A stretch of 64,000 nucleotides of DNA from an uncultured archaeon (GTDB lineage: Archaea > Asgardarchaeota > Thorarchaeia > Thorarchaeales > Thorarchaeaceae): NCBI GenBank assembly GCA_964558645.1, contig CAZLEV010000002.1, positions 32,001 to 96,000 of the forward strand. Direction: 5' to 3'. The position numbers and the translations under genes were made by a program. Below the pieces are notes generated by a model, which worked only from the letters and a program-made list of their open reading frames with translations, did no database searches and was not told the DNA's origin. Shown one piece after another: positions 29,256 through 38,229 of the stretch; position 1 is the stretch's first letter; every line of letters begins with the position of its first letter.

Positions 29256-29635
29256 CCACGCGGACTGCTTCTCGTCATTATAAGAAGACCTGCGATGAGG
29301 AACATAAGGCCAGCAAGCATGCCAATATTCTGAAGCCAAGACAGTATGTCAAAGTTAAGCCCTCGGCCAACTATGACAATGGAAAGAAATCCAAAGAGAG
29401 CAAGTAAAGCCCCGCTCCGTCTGATCTTCCAGTAGATGAATCCACATGCGTCTATTCCCAGCAATGCCATAAGCAGCAAGAGAATACCGAGAACAGTGTT
29501 GATGACTCCATCGAAGCTACCACCCAGAGCCGCGTTGAGTCCCGGAATAAGTAGCTGGAATAGAGCGAACACAATAAGCACTATTGCTCCTAGCAATGTA
29601 TATCCTTGTGCAGCACCTTCAGCTTTCGCACCCAT
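29252..29635 (-). CDS. small 4-TM membrane protein
   Basis: 127 aa hydrophobic; GGAGAG RBS. Confidence 0.65.
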   Translation of the reverse strand: MGAKAEGAAQGYTLLGAIVLIVFALFQLLIPGLNAALGGSFDGVINTVLGILLLLMALLGIDACGFIYWKIRRSGALLALFGFLSIVIVGRGLNFDILSWLQNIGMLAGLMFLIAGLLIMTRSSPRG

Positions 29636-29797
29636 CGTTTATCTCTCCTGATTTACCCGATATCGAATGAAAGGAAGTCACAGAAGATATAGTTTCCGAA
29701 AGTCTGGCTGTCCAGACCCGTTCATGTGTGAATTACTAGCGTAATACTCGGAGTTGTATTTCCAAAATGCCTGAGTTCATCTGCATTTTACTCTGAG

Positions 29798-30676
29798 GTG
29801 GCCATAACGAAATACGATTCCTACCGCGAAGAGCGAGACAGTGAGCGACCAGTTAGACTCGACAGAACAGAAGGATTCGTGGTAATCGAGGGAAAGGCCT
29901 ACCCTGCGAGAGAGCTCGTTGAGGCTCTAGCCCAGAGTGGATATGCCGAACTCAGAGCAAACGGCGACTCGCTTGTCCTTGGTAGAAAGAGGATAACGCC
30001 CATTTTTAAGTCAAGCCAAGAGAGGGCCATGGCATCGCTGTGTCATGGAAGCCCGGCATATTGTTGTCCCCTTTCAAAACGTTGTGCAGAGCGGGACCGC
30101 GCTCTTGAGGTGCTGAGTCTGACCAAGGAGGATTACGAGCAGCTCAAGAATGGTTCCCACTCCATGTTCATGGACGCATCAAAAGGATTCAGCCCAACAG
30201 GCAGCCAGTGGAATTATGACGTTAACGGGCGTTCCGTGAATAGACCGGCCATCGACACTGGATTTGGCTCTGATGACTACAGGCGCGATTTCGATACTCT
30301 GGACCGCGCACTTCAAGACCGCGACCGCAGAGAACCCTCAAGTGAGAGTCGATATCGAGATGGGCTGAATAGGCAAGAATCACCACGAGCAGCATCCAGG
30401 TACCTTGATCGAGACAGAGAACCAATCAAGGAGGTTCCTTTGGATAGACGCCGATTCGAGGATTATGGAAGAAGTGGGAGCGGTTCATTCGGTGGCTGCA
30501 ACCTGAATACAGATGAGTCAGTTGAGGGGTTAGGAGCCCTCTTCACTCAAGGGGAGTTGAGCCCATTCAACGAGGAGATGGAGGGTGAACAATCACGACC
30601 TTCTTTCTGTTTCTCCTGTGGGCGAACCATAGAGAGGGGGACAGGTAGATGCCCATATTGTGGAGCTTCTCAATAG
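29798..30676 (+). CDS. hypothetical protein with methanogenesis-marker-9-like Cys motif, R/D/S-rich linker and C-terminal zinc ribbon
   Basis: LCHGSPAYCCPLSKRCAERDRAL; CFSCG...CPYCG. Confidence 0.6.
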   Translation: MAITKYDSYREERDSERPVRLDRTEGFVVIEGKAYPARELVEALAQSGYAELRANGDSLVLGRKRITPIFKSSQERAMASLCHGSPAYCCPLSKRCAERDRALEVLSLTKEDYEQLKNGSHSMFMDASKGFSPTGSQWNYDVNGRSVNRPAIDTGFGSDDYRRDFDTLDRALQDRDRREPSSESRYRDGLNRQESPRAASRYLDRDREPIKEVPLDRRRFEDYGRSGSGSFGGCNLNTDESVEGLGALFTQGELSPFNEEMEGEQSRPSFCFSCGRTIERGTGRCPYCGASQ

Positions 30677-31722
30677 TTGCCTATTGCGGCTTCGCGACGT
30701 GTTGAGTAGTCCGCCGGATAGTGGAAGCTTGTTATGAGTCGGCTGATACCTGCATCTTGCGCAATTGCCTTCATCTCCTGCACCTGGCCCATCTCACTGA
30801 CTCCCCATCTGAATAGTGACACATGTCCTCCGCGTCGCTCGAACTCCTTGACAAAATACAGTGACTCAACGAGCTCCGAGTACTCCTTGCTCCCTTTGCC
30901 GGGAAGAAGCGGGGACCAGGGATAGAGGTTGATCAGCAGGTTTCCCGTGATATCGTTGATTCGAGAATAGTCATAGCCATACTCGTTCTTCCCTCCTTCT
31001 GCAAGGCCTGTTTCAGGATCCATCAGAATCTCAACGGTAATCCTCAGGGGGTTCTCTCGTCCAACCATTTCATCGGCATCTCTTGCGGCGTCCTGTAAGT
31101 ATGTGATGCCCTGCATTACTTTGTCTGTTCTCCAGCTGTGCCACTTGCTGTGATAGTCAGGATTCTCAATGATATACTGATAGCTCAATCGTTCAGGTTC
31201 CTGATTCACCATGGGCGCAAATTCATTCCTGCAGCGGTCACAGAAGCAGAACTGATCTCTTATGAAACCGGTGCCGAACAAGAGAATCTCGTTGACTGGA
31301 TATGACCCCATCTCCTTCACAATTTCTGCGCCATACTGCCAGAACTCTTCTCGGTTAGGGCAGATCTGATGGCTCATTGCGTTCCCCCGTGCATTGACGG
31401 TCTGATATTTCGGGTCACGACCGAACCAAGCATCTGTGTAGAAGTCCATACTCAAAGCGGAATTCAGTTCGAGAGCGTCCGCAAGAGTGACCCAGTCGTC
31501 GAAGAACTTGGAATGTTCCTCATCGACGGGTGCAGTTCTGCTTGGATATATCGTATGTCCATCTGGGCGCTTGCCCACAAGCCCCGCCCCCTGCATATAA
31601 GAGGCGAACGTGGACATGAACTCCTTGGCTTCCATCTCTACATCTTCAGGTCGAAACACGACGAGTAGATCACTCATCAAGAATTCTCTATAGTTCAGCT
31701 TCATCTTTGAATCCCCGGGCAC
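30670..31722 (-). CDS. hypothetical TIM-barrel, glycoside-hydrolase-like protein
   Basis: ICPNREEF and FCFCDRCRNEF motifs typical of GH-like barrels. Confidence 0.5.
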   Translation of the reverse strand: MPGDSKMKLNYREFLMSDLLVVFRPEDVEMEAKEFMSTFASYMQGAGLVGKRPDGHTIYPSRTAPVDEEHSKFFDDWVTLADALELNSALSMDFYTDAWFGRDPKYQTVNARGNAMSHQICPNREEFWQYGAEIVKEMGSYPVNEILLFGTGFIRDQFCFCDRCRNEFAPMVNQEPERLSYQYIIENPDYHSKWHSWRTDKVMQGITYLQDAARDADEMVGRENPLRITVEILMDPETGLAEGGKNEYGYDYSRINDITGNLLINLYPWSPLLPGKGSKEYSELVESLYFVKEFERRGGHVSLFRWGVSEMGQVQEMKAIAQDAGISRLITSFHYPADYSTRREAAIGNY

Positions 31723-31824
31723 CGGAATATCACATTCGGTTATGGCTCAGATTGTCACAAGGTCTGGAGTGGGCTATAAGAATTTCTTAGTCGGACTGTT
31801 TCCAGAATGAAAGGCTCAAGGAGG

Positions 31825-34800
31825 CTAAAAGAACTGGTCAAGTGTGGTGAATCCCATGAGTTCTTCGAAGTCTATACCAACAGAATCCAGCACCTGACCG
31901 AATACCGATCTCAACGTATCAATGTACTTGTCCTTGTCAATGAAATAGGTTCCCTCCTCGGCCAATTCAACGGGAAGGACGCCCTCGGGACCCTTAGTCT
32001 TGATGTATTCAACAATAGTTCCCGACGGCACCTCATAGCCTGCATCACGAAGCTGGATTGCAGCGCGGACATGCTGTGGTGTCGTCTTACCATATTGTGC
32101 TATCTCCTTGGTCATCTGAACCCGGAAGGCCAGGTCTTCTGGGCTATACGGTTCAGTCTTCCCTTCAAGCCTATCAAGAACAACATTGACAATCTCACGA
32201 ATCTCGTCTTTTGCTGCTTTGAATCCCTCTCTGTTGTCAACACGGCTCAAAACATCGAGCATCTCTCTGAAGGCGTCTTGCACAAAGTCGGGAGTGTTAC
32301 GTTTCTTTCCACTGAGACCCTTGACCTCAACATAACCCGAGTCGTAGACCCCGATGTAGTTCTTCTTTCGATCGGAGAGTGCAACATACTTGTAGGTCTT
32401 CTCTACCTCGAGATCTATACCCAGTTCATCTTGAGACCATTTGACAAGCTCAGCTTGTTGTTCAGAGGTCGGATTGTCCAGAAACACGGAGTCGGTGTCG
32501 CCATAGAGGACCCGAACGCCCATGGACTCTGCTTTCTCTTTCGTCCTGATAATTGCGTGTCGTCCATAAGCTGTGACGCTCTCGGCAGCGGGCATACAGA
32601 ACAGCTCGAAATGCTGAGCTCCTGTGACCCCGTAGCTGTTGTGCACTACAATTCCATTGGTTGACACAAAGAGTCCATTTCCTGTTTCAAGGTCGTAAGT
32701 CTGCTCAGGGTCAGCTCTCCTCTCTATCGAGCGGATTCTCACGGTACGAGTGCCGTTGAAGTCAATCAATCCTCGCCCCGTTCGCTGGTACTTCAGCCCC
32801 TTCGTTTCGACAACACGATAGATAGATTCATCGCGATGCACGGATGCATGTCTTCCCAATGCTCCGAGGAGATACAGAATATCATGAGCCAGTTGCTTGC
32901 TAGAAGTGGTATATCGCCTATTACCACGGACATTGATGTTCCCATCACCCTTGAAGAACGATTCAAGGACAACTCGCGCTCTTCTTTCATCAAGCAGTCG
33001 AAGGGGAATGGATTTGCTCTTTGAGTAACTGCCACAAAGGTGCTCCATGATTGCTGCGAGTGTCTTCGAGTGAATGACATGGTCTTTCTTCGAATAGACG
33101 GCAAAGGGTAGGTCCATCCGTTGCAAGAGTGACCCAATCTCATTGAAGTAGACTGGATTGACTTCCTGATACTGTGAAATGGATACCCGATTGACACCTA
33201 CATGCCCTTCCGATAAATACCATCCCATAAATGCGAAGAAGTCCTCATCAAGCTCGATTCTGATATTCTCCCATTGGCCTGCTTCACGCCATCTTCCACT
33301 TCTCTCGATCAGTTTGATGTAGAAAGGCAATGTGTCTGTTTCATTTCGTCTGATTAATTCTCTCGCCTCATCGGAGAGGTCACACCACCGAGCACGATAC
33401 CATTTGCTTGCCTTTGAGTATCTGAATTCCTTGTTTATTAGAGATATCAGAGGGTTGTCATTTCTTTGGGATCTCCTATACGAGAACTTGGTGTAGTCAC
33501 TTCTCTTTACCCCGACATGTATTGATTCCTGAGGTATAAGGTCTGGGACAAATAGCGTTTCGGGAGGATGTGCTGTTAGCGGCAATCGTTCTGCCATGAG
33601 AATATCATCATTTACTCGAAGATCTTCGGCAGCGACATATTCGATTGAAAGGGGTTTCTTCGAGATAACCTTTCGGTGCTTTCGCTTGTGCTTAGGAAGA
33701 AGCCTTGGAAAGACATGATTATCTGTACATCGAATAGTCCGCCCGTCCCTTAGACATATATCCAGAAGTCTCGCACTTCCACTCTTCCGAAAGCCGACAA
33801 TAGGAACAAATATCGGTTTTCCAAAGGGCGATGACCCCCAATTGTTATCAATGCTGAGAATCTCAAGGTCGCTCCATTCATGTTCCAAGCTGCCAATGGC
33901 CCTTCTAGATATCAGACCATGAGAATCCCGAACTATAACCGCTTCATCGAAGGGAAGACAGGCGTTGACGAAGACCTTTAGTGCTTTCTCCACAACTGAG
34001 TACCAGTCCCGTGTTCTCTCATCCAAGGAGCCATCTTTGCTCTTCCTCTTGAACCAGCGCACCCTGGTATCTCTGAAGAAACCTATTGTCTCGCTGATCA
34101 TCCCTGTGCGTTTCTTGCAGGTCCAGTGATCGGTTTCAGGCACACGATTGTCGGTTGCATTCCGGCAGCTCTCGTGGGGGCAGTCAACGGTCTCATAGCT
34201 TATGTTGTGCCGCTTCATGATGGTGGGATACAGGCTTGCAAAGTCCAGAACTGTGGCATTGAAATGAACACCAGCAACTGGTTCAATCACGATGGCACCC
34301 TTGAAGCTCTTGTCTTTGATCATCGCCTCAGTATGAGCCTCAGACGGTTTCATCGACTCGATGTCGTCACGCTTGGGAATGAGTGCCTTTCGTGACCGAT
34401 GCTCCTGTCTGAACAGGGACTGAATCCATGAAGATATACCCTGTCGGGTCACATCCTCCATAGAGAGTCGCGAGATACGCATGAGCAGGACAATGAGACG
34501 AAAGAGCAGGTTGTTCTTGAAAGTTGTAATTCGGAGTGTGATATTGGCATCGAGCCAGCAGTAGTGTGCTAGTTCGTAATATGGTAAGTCGGAGATCTCA
34601 GTATTCAGCTCAAGCTTGCCAATTCCTAGGATTCCCTGGGCGATGGATTCCAAGTTATTTCGTTCATATGCCCCCGAGAGAGCATAGATTCGCACAGAGG
34701 GATTCTTCAGAAATCGGTAAAGGTCAACGTGAATACCTCTCTTGAGAAGTGCAACCTCACGACCCAAGTATATTGGACACTGTGTCTGAACATCTATGCC

Positions 34801-35964
34801 AATCTTCTTGGCACGATGATAGAGATAGTTCAGGTCGAATGCATCTCCAACAAAGGTGAGAACGATGGGATACTGGTCAACTAGTTTAAAGACCTCAAGA
34901 ATCATCTCTCTCTCATCTGTATAGAAGACGAGTTCCAGTTCCTCAGGATAACCAGATGTCTTCTCGCCCATCTCCTGACCTTTCCGCTCAAGAACAAAGC
35001 ACTTGTTGAAGCCCTCATTGTCTGATAGCCCAACTGCAGTGACAGGATACGGAGCCGTAGACGCGTCAGGAATGCGATTCTTCACGGGCGTATATACCTC
35101 GATGTCCAAGGCAAGCCGTTTCACATCCGGAACCTCTGTGAAGAACATAGGCGCATAAGTAGAGATTATTCGGTCTAGCCCTTCATCTGGATCGAGGGTT
35201 TCTTTGAACTCGTCAAGCGTTTCTTTGTCCAGCTTTGGAGGGCATGGAACAAGGTGTCCATCCTCAACCTTGTACATCAGTCCGGCTACAATCTCTCGGT
35301 CGTAGGTGTACGTGTTGCGATATCTTATGTTGGCCTCCCAAGCGTGACTCACTTCCTCATAAGGATTGGAAGGATCACCAGTTGATACTCTCTCGGTGAG
35401 CAACTCCCTGATTGATCCTTGGCGACCACCGATGCTTAGAGGGTCTTCTGCAAGAATCTTGGTCATAGTAACTTCTTTGTCTCTAAGCAAGTCCCGAAGC
35501 TCGACCTCTTCAGTTTGAGAGAAGCCGGGGTGTCTTCCTGCTTTCTGCTGGGCAACTTGCGGCGGAAAATCTGTCAGGCAGTAGGGTTTGTGACCAGTGT
35601 CATCGAACCAGAAGAACAACTCCTTCGTTTCGGGACGATAGAGCCGCGCAATGGCCTTCGCCTTCTGTCCATCATAGTCTATTGATAGTAAGAAAGAGGG
35701 GGGAAGATTCTGTGGCACATCACGTTCACCAATGACATACTCCCCCACAGACTCTTCTTCATCGACAATACCTTCTTCTTCGAGGCTGTCTTCTCGGTCG
35801 ACTATTGTTGCACGAGATTTTGCGGATCGCCCCGTTGCAGAGGTGGTTTCAGACTGAGCAGGACTGTGTTTTTCTGCGCGAGTTGTAGGGCTTGCCCTAT
35901 CTTGACTCTCAGGTTCTGAAGAGCTCATGTAGTCTTCAAGAGAAGGCTGATTGTCTTTGGTCAT
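31825..35964 (-). CDS. polB1: family B DNA polymerase (PolB1 type) containing an intein
   Basis: TGHKPY, DIE/FVGDAFD/YCWLD exonuclease motifs, DFASLYP, KVFVNA|SYG, YGDTDS, PIP-like TTLDQFF; ATG at 35964 preferred. Confidence 0.92.
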   Translation of the reverse strand: MTKDNQPSLEDYMSSSEPESQDRASPTTRAEKHSPAQSETTSATGRSAKSRATIVDREDSLEEEGIVDEEESVGEYVIGERDVPQNLPPSFLLSIDYDGQKAKAIARLYRPETKELFFWFDDTGHKPYCLTDFPPQVAQQKAGRHPGFSQTEEVELRDLLRDKEVTMTKILAEDPLSIGGRQGSIRELLTERVSTGDPSNPYEEVSHAWEANIRYRNTYTYDREIVAGLMYKVEDGHLVPCPPKLDKETLDEFKETLDPDEGLDRIISTYAPMFFTEVPDVKRLALDIEVYTPVKNRIPDASTAPYPVTAVGLSDNEGFNKCFVLERKGQEMGEKTSGYPEELELVFYTDEREMILEVFKLVDQYPIVLTFVGDAFDLNYLYHRAKKIGIDVQTQCPIYLGREVALLKRGIHVDLYRFLKNPSVRIYALSGAYERNNLESIAQGILGIGKLELNTEISDLPYYELAHYCWLDANITLRITTFKNNLLFRLIVLLMRISRLSMEDVTRQGISSWIQSLFRQEHRSRKALIPKRDDIESMKPSEAHTEAMIKDKSFKGAIVIEPVAGVHFNATVLDFASLYPTIMKRHNISYETVDCPHESCRNATDNRVPETDHWTCKKRTGMISETIGFFRDTRVRWFKRKSKDGSLDERTRDWYSVVEKALKVFVNACLPFDEAVIVRDSHGLISRRAIGSLEHEWSDLEILSIDNNWGSSPFGKPIFVPIVGFRKSGSARLLDICLRDGRTIRCTDNHVFPRLLPKHKRKHRKVISKKPLSIEYVAAEDLRVNDDILMAERLPLTAHPPETLFVPDLIPQESIHVGVKRSDYTKFSYRRSQRNDNPLISLINKEFRYSKASKWYRARWCDLSDEARELIRRNETDTLPFYIKLIERSGRWREAGQWENIRIELDEDFFAFMGWYLSEGHVGVNRVSISQYQEVNPVYFNEIGSLLQRMDLPFAVYSKKDHVIHSKTLAAIMEHLCGSYSKSKSIPLRLLDERRARVVLESFFKGDGNINVRGNRRYTTSSKQLAHDILYLLGALGRHASVHRDESIYRVVETKGLKYQRTGRGLIDFNGTRTVRIRSIERRADPEQTYDLETGNGLFVSTNGIVVHNSYGVTGAQHFELFCMPAAESVTAYGRHAIIRTKEKAESMGVRVLYGDTDSVFLDNPTSEQQAELVKWSQDELGIDLEVEKTYKYVALSDRKKNYIGVYDSGYVEVKGLSGKKRNTPDFVQDAFREMLDVLSRVDNREGFKAAKDEIREIVNVVLDRLEGKTEPYSPEDLAFRVQMTKEIAQYGKTTPQHVRAAIQLRDAGYEVPSGTIVEYIKTKGPEGVLPVELAEEGTYFIDKDKYIDTLRSVFGQVLDSVGIDFEELMGFTTLDQFF
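32638..33960 (-). mobile_element. intein (441 aa) with LAGLIDADG homing endonuclease
   Basis: Begins CLPFDEAV, block B TDNH, LAGLIDADG-like FMGWYLSEGH and LESFFKGDGN, block F TYDLET, ends VVHN before Ser+1. Confidence 0.93.
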
Positions 35965-36057
35965 TCGAAATGAGACCCCACTGTGTTTCGTGGAGGAGGT
36001 AGCCTTGATAAGCACTTCCTATACTGAGAGAGAAGAAAGGAATGAGGCAGTGGTCAT

Positions 36058-36492
36058 ATGGTCAAAGCAACTATTACAGATTCTGCAAGGACAATAGTCG
36101 CACGCCTTATGCCGGGAGAGGACATCCTCGAATCCATTGAGGCATTGGCAGATGAACATGATATTAGAAGCGGACAGATAAGCTTGATAGGGGCCATCAA
36201 ACAAGCAACACTAGGCTATTTTGACAGGCACGCTTGTGAGTATCGGAATTTTTCAATCGATGAAGACCTAGAGGTTGTTTCTTGTGTTGGAAACATCTCG
36301 CGATTAAGAAGCGGCGAGGTGGCAGTACACGCACATATGGTGGTGGCAGACGAGCAAGGCAAGTGTTATGGAGGGCACCTCATGAATGGGTGTGTGGTTT
36401 CAGTCACGATCGAAGTTGTCATCATTGAACTAGAGGCTGACATCTATCGAAACAAGGACAAGGCGACAGGGCTCAATCTTCTGGATATCTGA
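36058..36492 (+). CDS. PPC/DUF296 domain protein
   Basis: RLMPGEDILESI, IGAI, EVVSCVGN, HAH, GGHL. Confidence 0.85.
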   Translation: MVKATITDSARTIVARLMPGEDILESIEALADEHDIRSGQISLIGAIKQATLGYFDRHACEYRNFSIDEDLEVVSCVGNISRLRSGEVAVHAHMVVADEQGKCYGGHLMNGCVVSVTIEVVIIELEADIYRNKDKATGLNLLDI

Positions 36493-36515
36493 GAACTATG
36501 TCAAGTGCTGGGCAT

Positions 36516-36944
36516 CTAGGCCGTATTGAGCTCTGACGCAATCTTATCAAGGCGATCACGATCTGCCATCTCGCTTCTGTAGCCATCAGGGAAACGGAAG
36601 CCAAAGTCATCGCCGTGATTACGGGGAATTACGTGGAAGTGCAGATGGGGTATCTCCTGACCAGCGCCTTTTCCATTTGCGGCAGAAGTCAGAATCCCAT
36701 CTGGCTCTATTACGGTATTCACCTTGCGTGTCAAATCAACCAGTCTTCTGGCCAGGTGGGCCGCCACATCTTCATCGACATCGAGAAGATTTTGGTAATG
36801 CTCCTTGGGTATCAACAGACAGTGTCCCTCTCTAACGGGAAACACATCCATGAAAGCCATGCAGATTTCATCCTCGAATATCTTGGAGGAGGGAATCTCT
36901 CCTCTAACTATCTTGCAGAATATGCAGTCTTCAGAGTTGTTCAT
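36516..36944 (-). CDS. HIT family hydrolase
   Basis: CIFCKI, GHCLLIPKEH, HLHFHVIPR. Confidence 0.92.
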   Translation of the reverse strand: MNNSEDCIFCKIVRGEIPSSKIFEDEICMAFMDVFPVREGHCLLIPKEHYQNLLDVDEDVAAHLARRLVDLTRKVNTVIEPDGILTSAANGKGAGQEIPHLHFHVIPRNHGDDFGFRFPDGYRSEMADRDRLDKIASELNTA

Positions 36945-37026
36945 AGGCTCTTGGATATCATGGGCTCAACATAAAGACTGCGCCTCGATAATATCTGCGG
37001 AAGTCTCATTAATCATTTGACACACC

Positions 37027-38223
37027 ATGAATCGACGATTGCCATCAGGTGGGCCTTCAGTGAGCCGAAGAAAGCAAGTATTTTTCGACCAAACGCAGAA
37101 CGAAAGAGGAAAAATCGATTCAACTTACTCTGAGTTGGCACAACTCCTGGAGGACAACGACTATGATGTGGAAGCCTATACTGAGTTCATGATTCTCAAG
37201 AACAAGATAGAGAATGCTGACGCTATAGTCTTTGGCTGTCCCAACAGCTCGAAACTACGGGCGAACGAGATTGGTGCTCTCAAGGCATATGTCGAGGGTG
37301 GAGGGGGTCTCATGCTACTGGCCCTCTCTGGCGGAGATAAGGGACTCATGAACAACATGAGTAGACTCTCAGAGGATTTTGGAATCACGTTCGAGAATAC
37401 AGCAGTCAAAGATGAACGGATGAATGCAGGCTTACCCACAATGCCAATCATTGCCGATTTTGAGGGGCACCCCATTACCGAGGGAGTTGACAGTCTGTTG
37501 CTGCCTTCGGCCTGCACATTGAAAACATCAGGGAAGGCCAAAGCCGTGGGAATCACATCGGCCACCGCAGATCCCCCAGCTCAACCTGTGATTGCAGTCG
37601 CAGAGAAGGGAAAGGGCAGGGTAGTCTGCGTAGGCAGCTACGAGGTGTTCAGACGAGGAGGGGGCATGAAGGGCGACGGAAACAGAACATTCGCGCTTAA
37701 TGCATTCAGATGGCTCTGTGGAGATGAACGACTGATGAAGGAGAAAGAGAAGAGATCTGTTTCCACCGAGAGAAGAGAGGAGTCAGAGACTGCTGAGGTC
37801 GTTCGAGGAGAGCTAGAGAAGACCATGAGGAGGCTGGTCAATGCAGTCTTCGACCTCCAGAAAGACATCAAGGGGCTCGAAAGGAAGATAGATAGCACGG
37901 ACACCAACATCGCGCGTCTTCGGGAGCAATTCCAGAGCTTCGCAGAGAAGACACAAGATCAGCTCGGTCTCATCATTCCTGCGAAGCAATTCAAGACAGA
38001 AGAGGAGAACATAGTAGCTGATCTAAAGGGAGATATATCGGCCCTTGAGAAAGAAGTCAAGTCGGTGACTCAGCTCCGAGATCACGTCGCTCAGAGACAT
38101 GAATCGGGAGCCATATCCAGAGAGACCTACGAGGAACAATCCAAGAAGCTTGAGGAACGTCTGAAGAGGCTTGGGAAGAGACTCGACGAAAAGAAGGACG
38201 AACTCCAAGCACTAACGACCTAA
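37027..38223 (+). CDS. GIFT/DUF4350 (IFT52/GldG-like) domain protein with long C-terminal coiled coil
   Basis: VFFDQTQNE, EIGALKAYVEGGGGLML, GKGRVVCVGS, NRTFALNAFRWL; heptad tail. Confidence 0.65.
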   Translation: MNRRLPSGGPSVSRRKQVFFDQTQNERGKIDSTYSELAQLLEDNDYDVEAYTEFMILKNKIENADAIVFGCPNSSKLRANEIGALKAYVEGGGGLMLLALSGGDKGLMNNMSRLSEDFGITFENTAVKDERMNAGLPTMPIIADFEGHPITEGVDSLLLPSACTLKTSGKAKAVGITSATADPPAQPVIAVAEKGKGRVVCVGSYEVFRRGGGMKGDGNRTFALNAFRWLCGDERLMKEKEKRSVSTERREESETAEVVRGELEKTMRRLVNAVFDLQKDIKGLERKIDSTDTNIARLREQFQSFAEKTQDQLGLIIPAKQFKTEEENIVADLKGDISALEKEVKSVTQLRDHVAQRHESGAISRETYEEQSKKLEERLKRLGKRLDEKKDELQALTT

Positions 38224-38229
38224 GGCTGA

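Noticed and set aside
31807-32664. 285-aa plus-strand ORF and other long antisense ORFs (e.g. 7991-8620, 12304-12939, 20945-21616, 47280-47912)
   Set aside because: They are shadow frames opposite well-supported genes and contain no motifs
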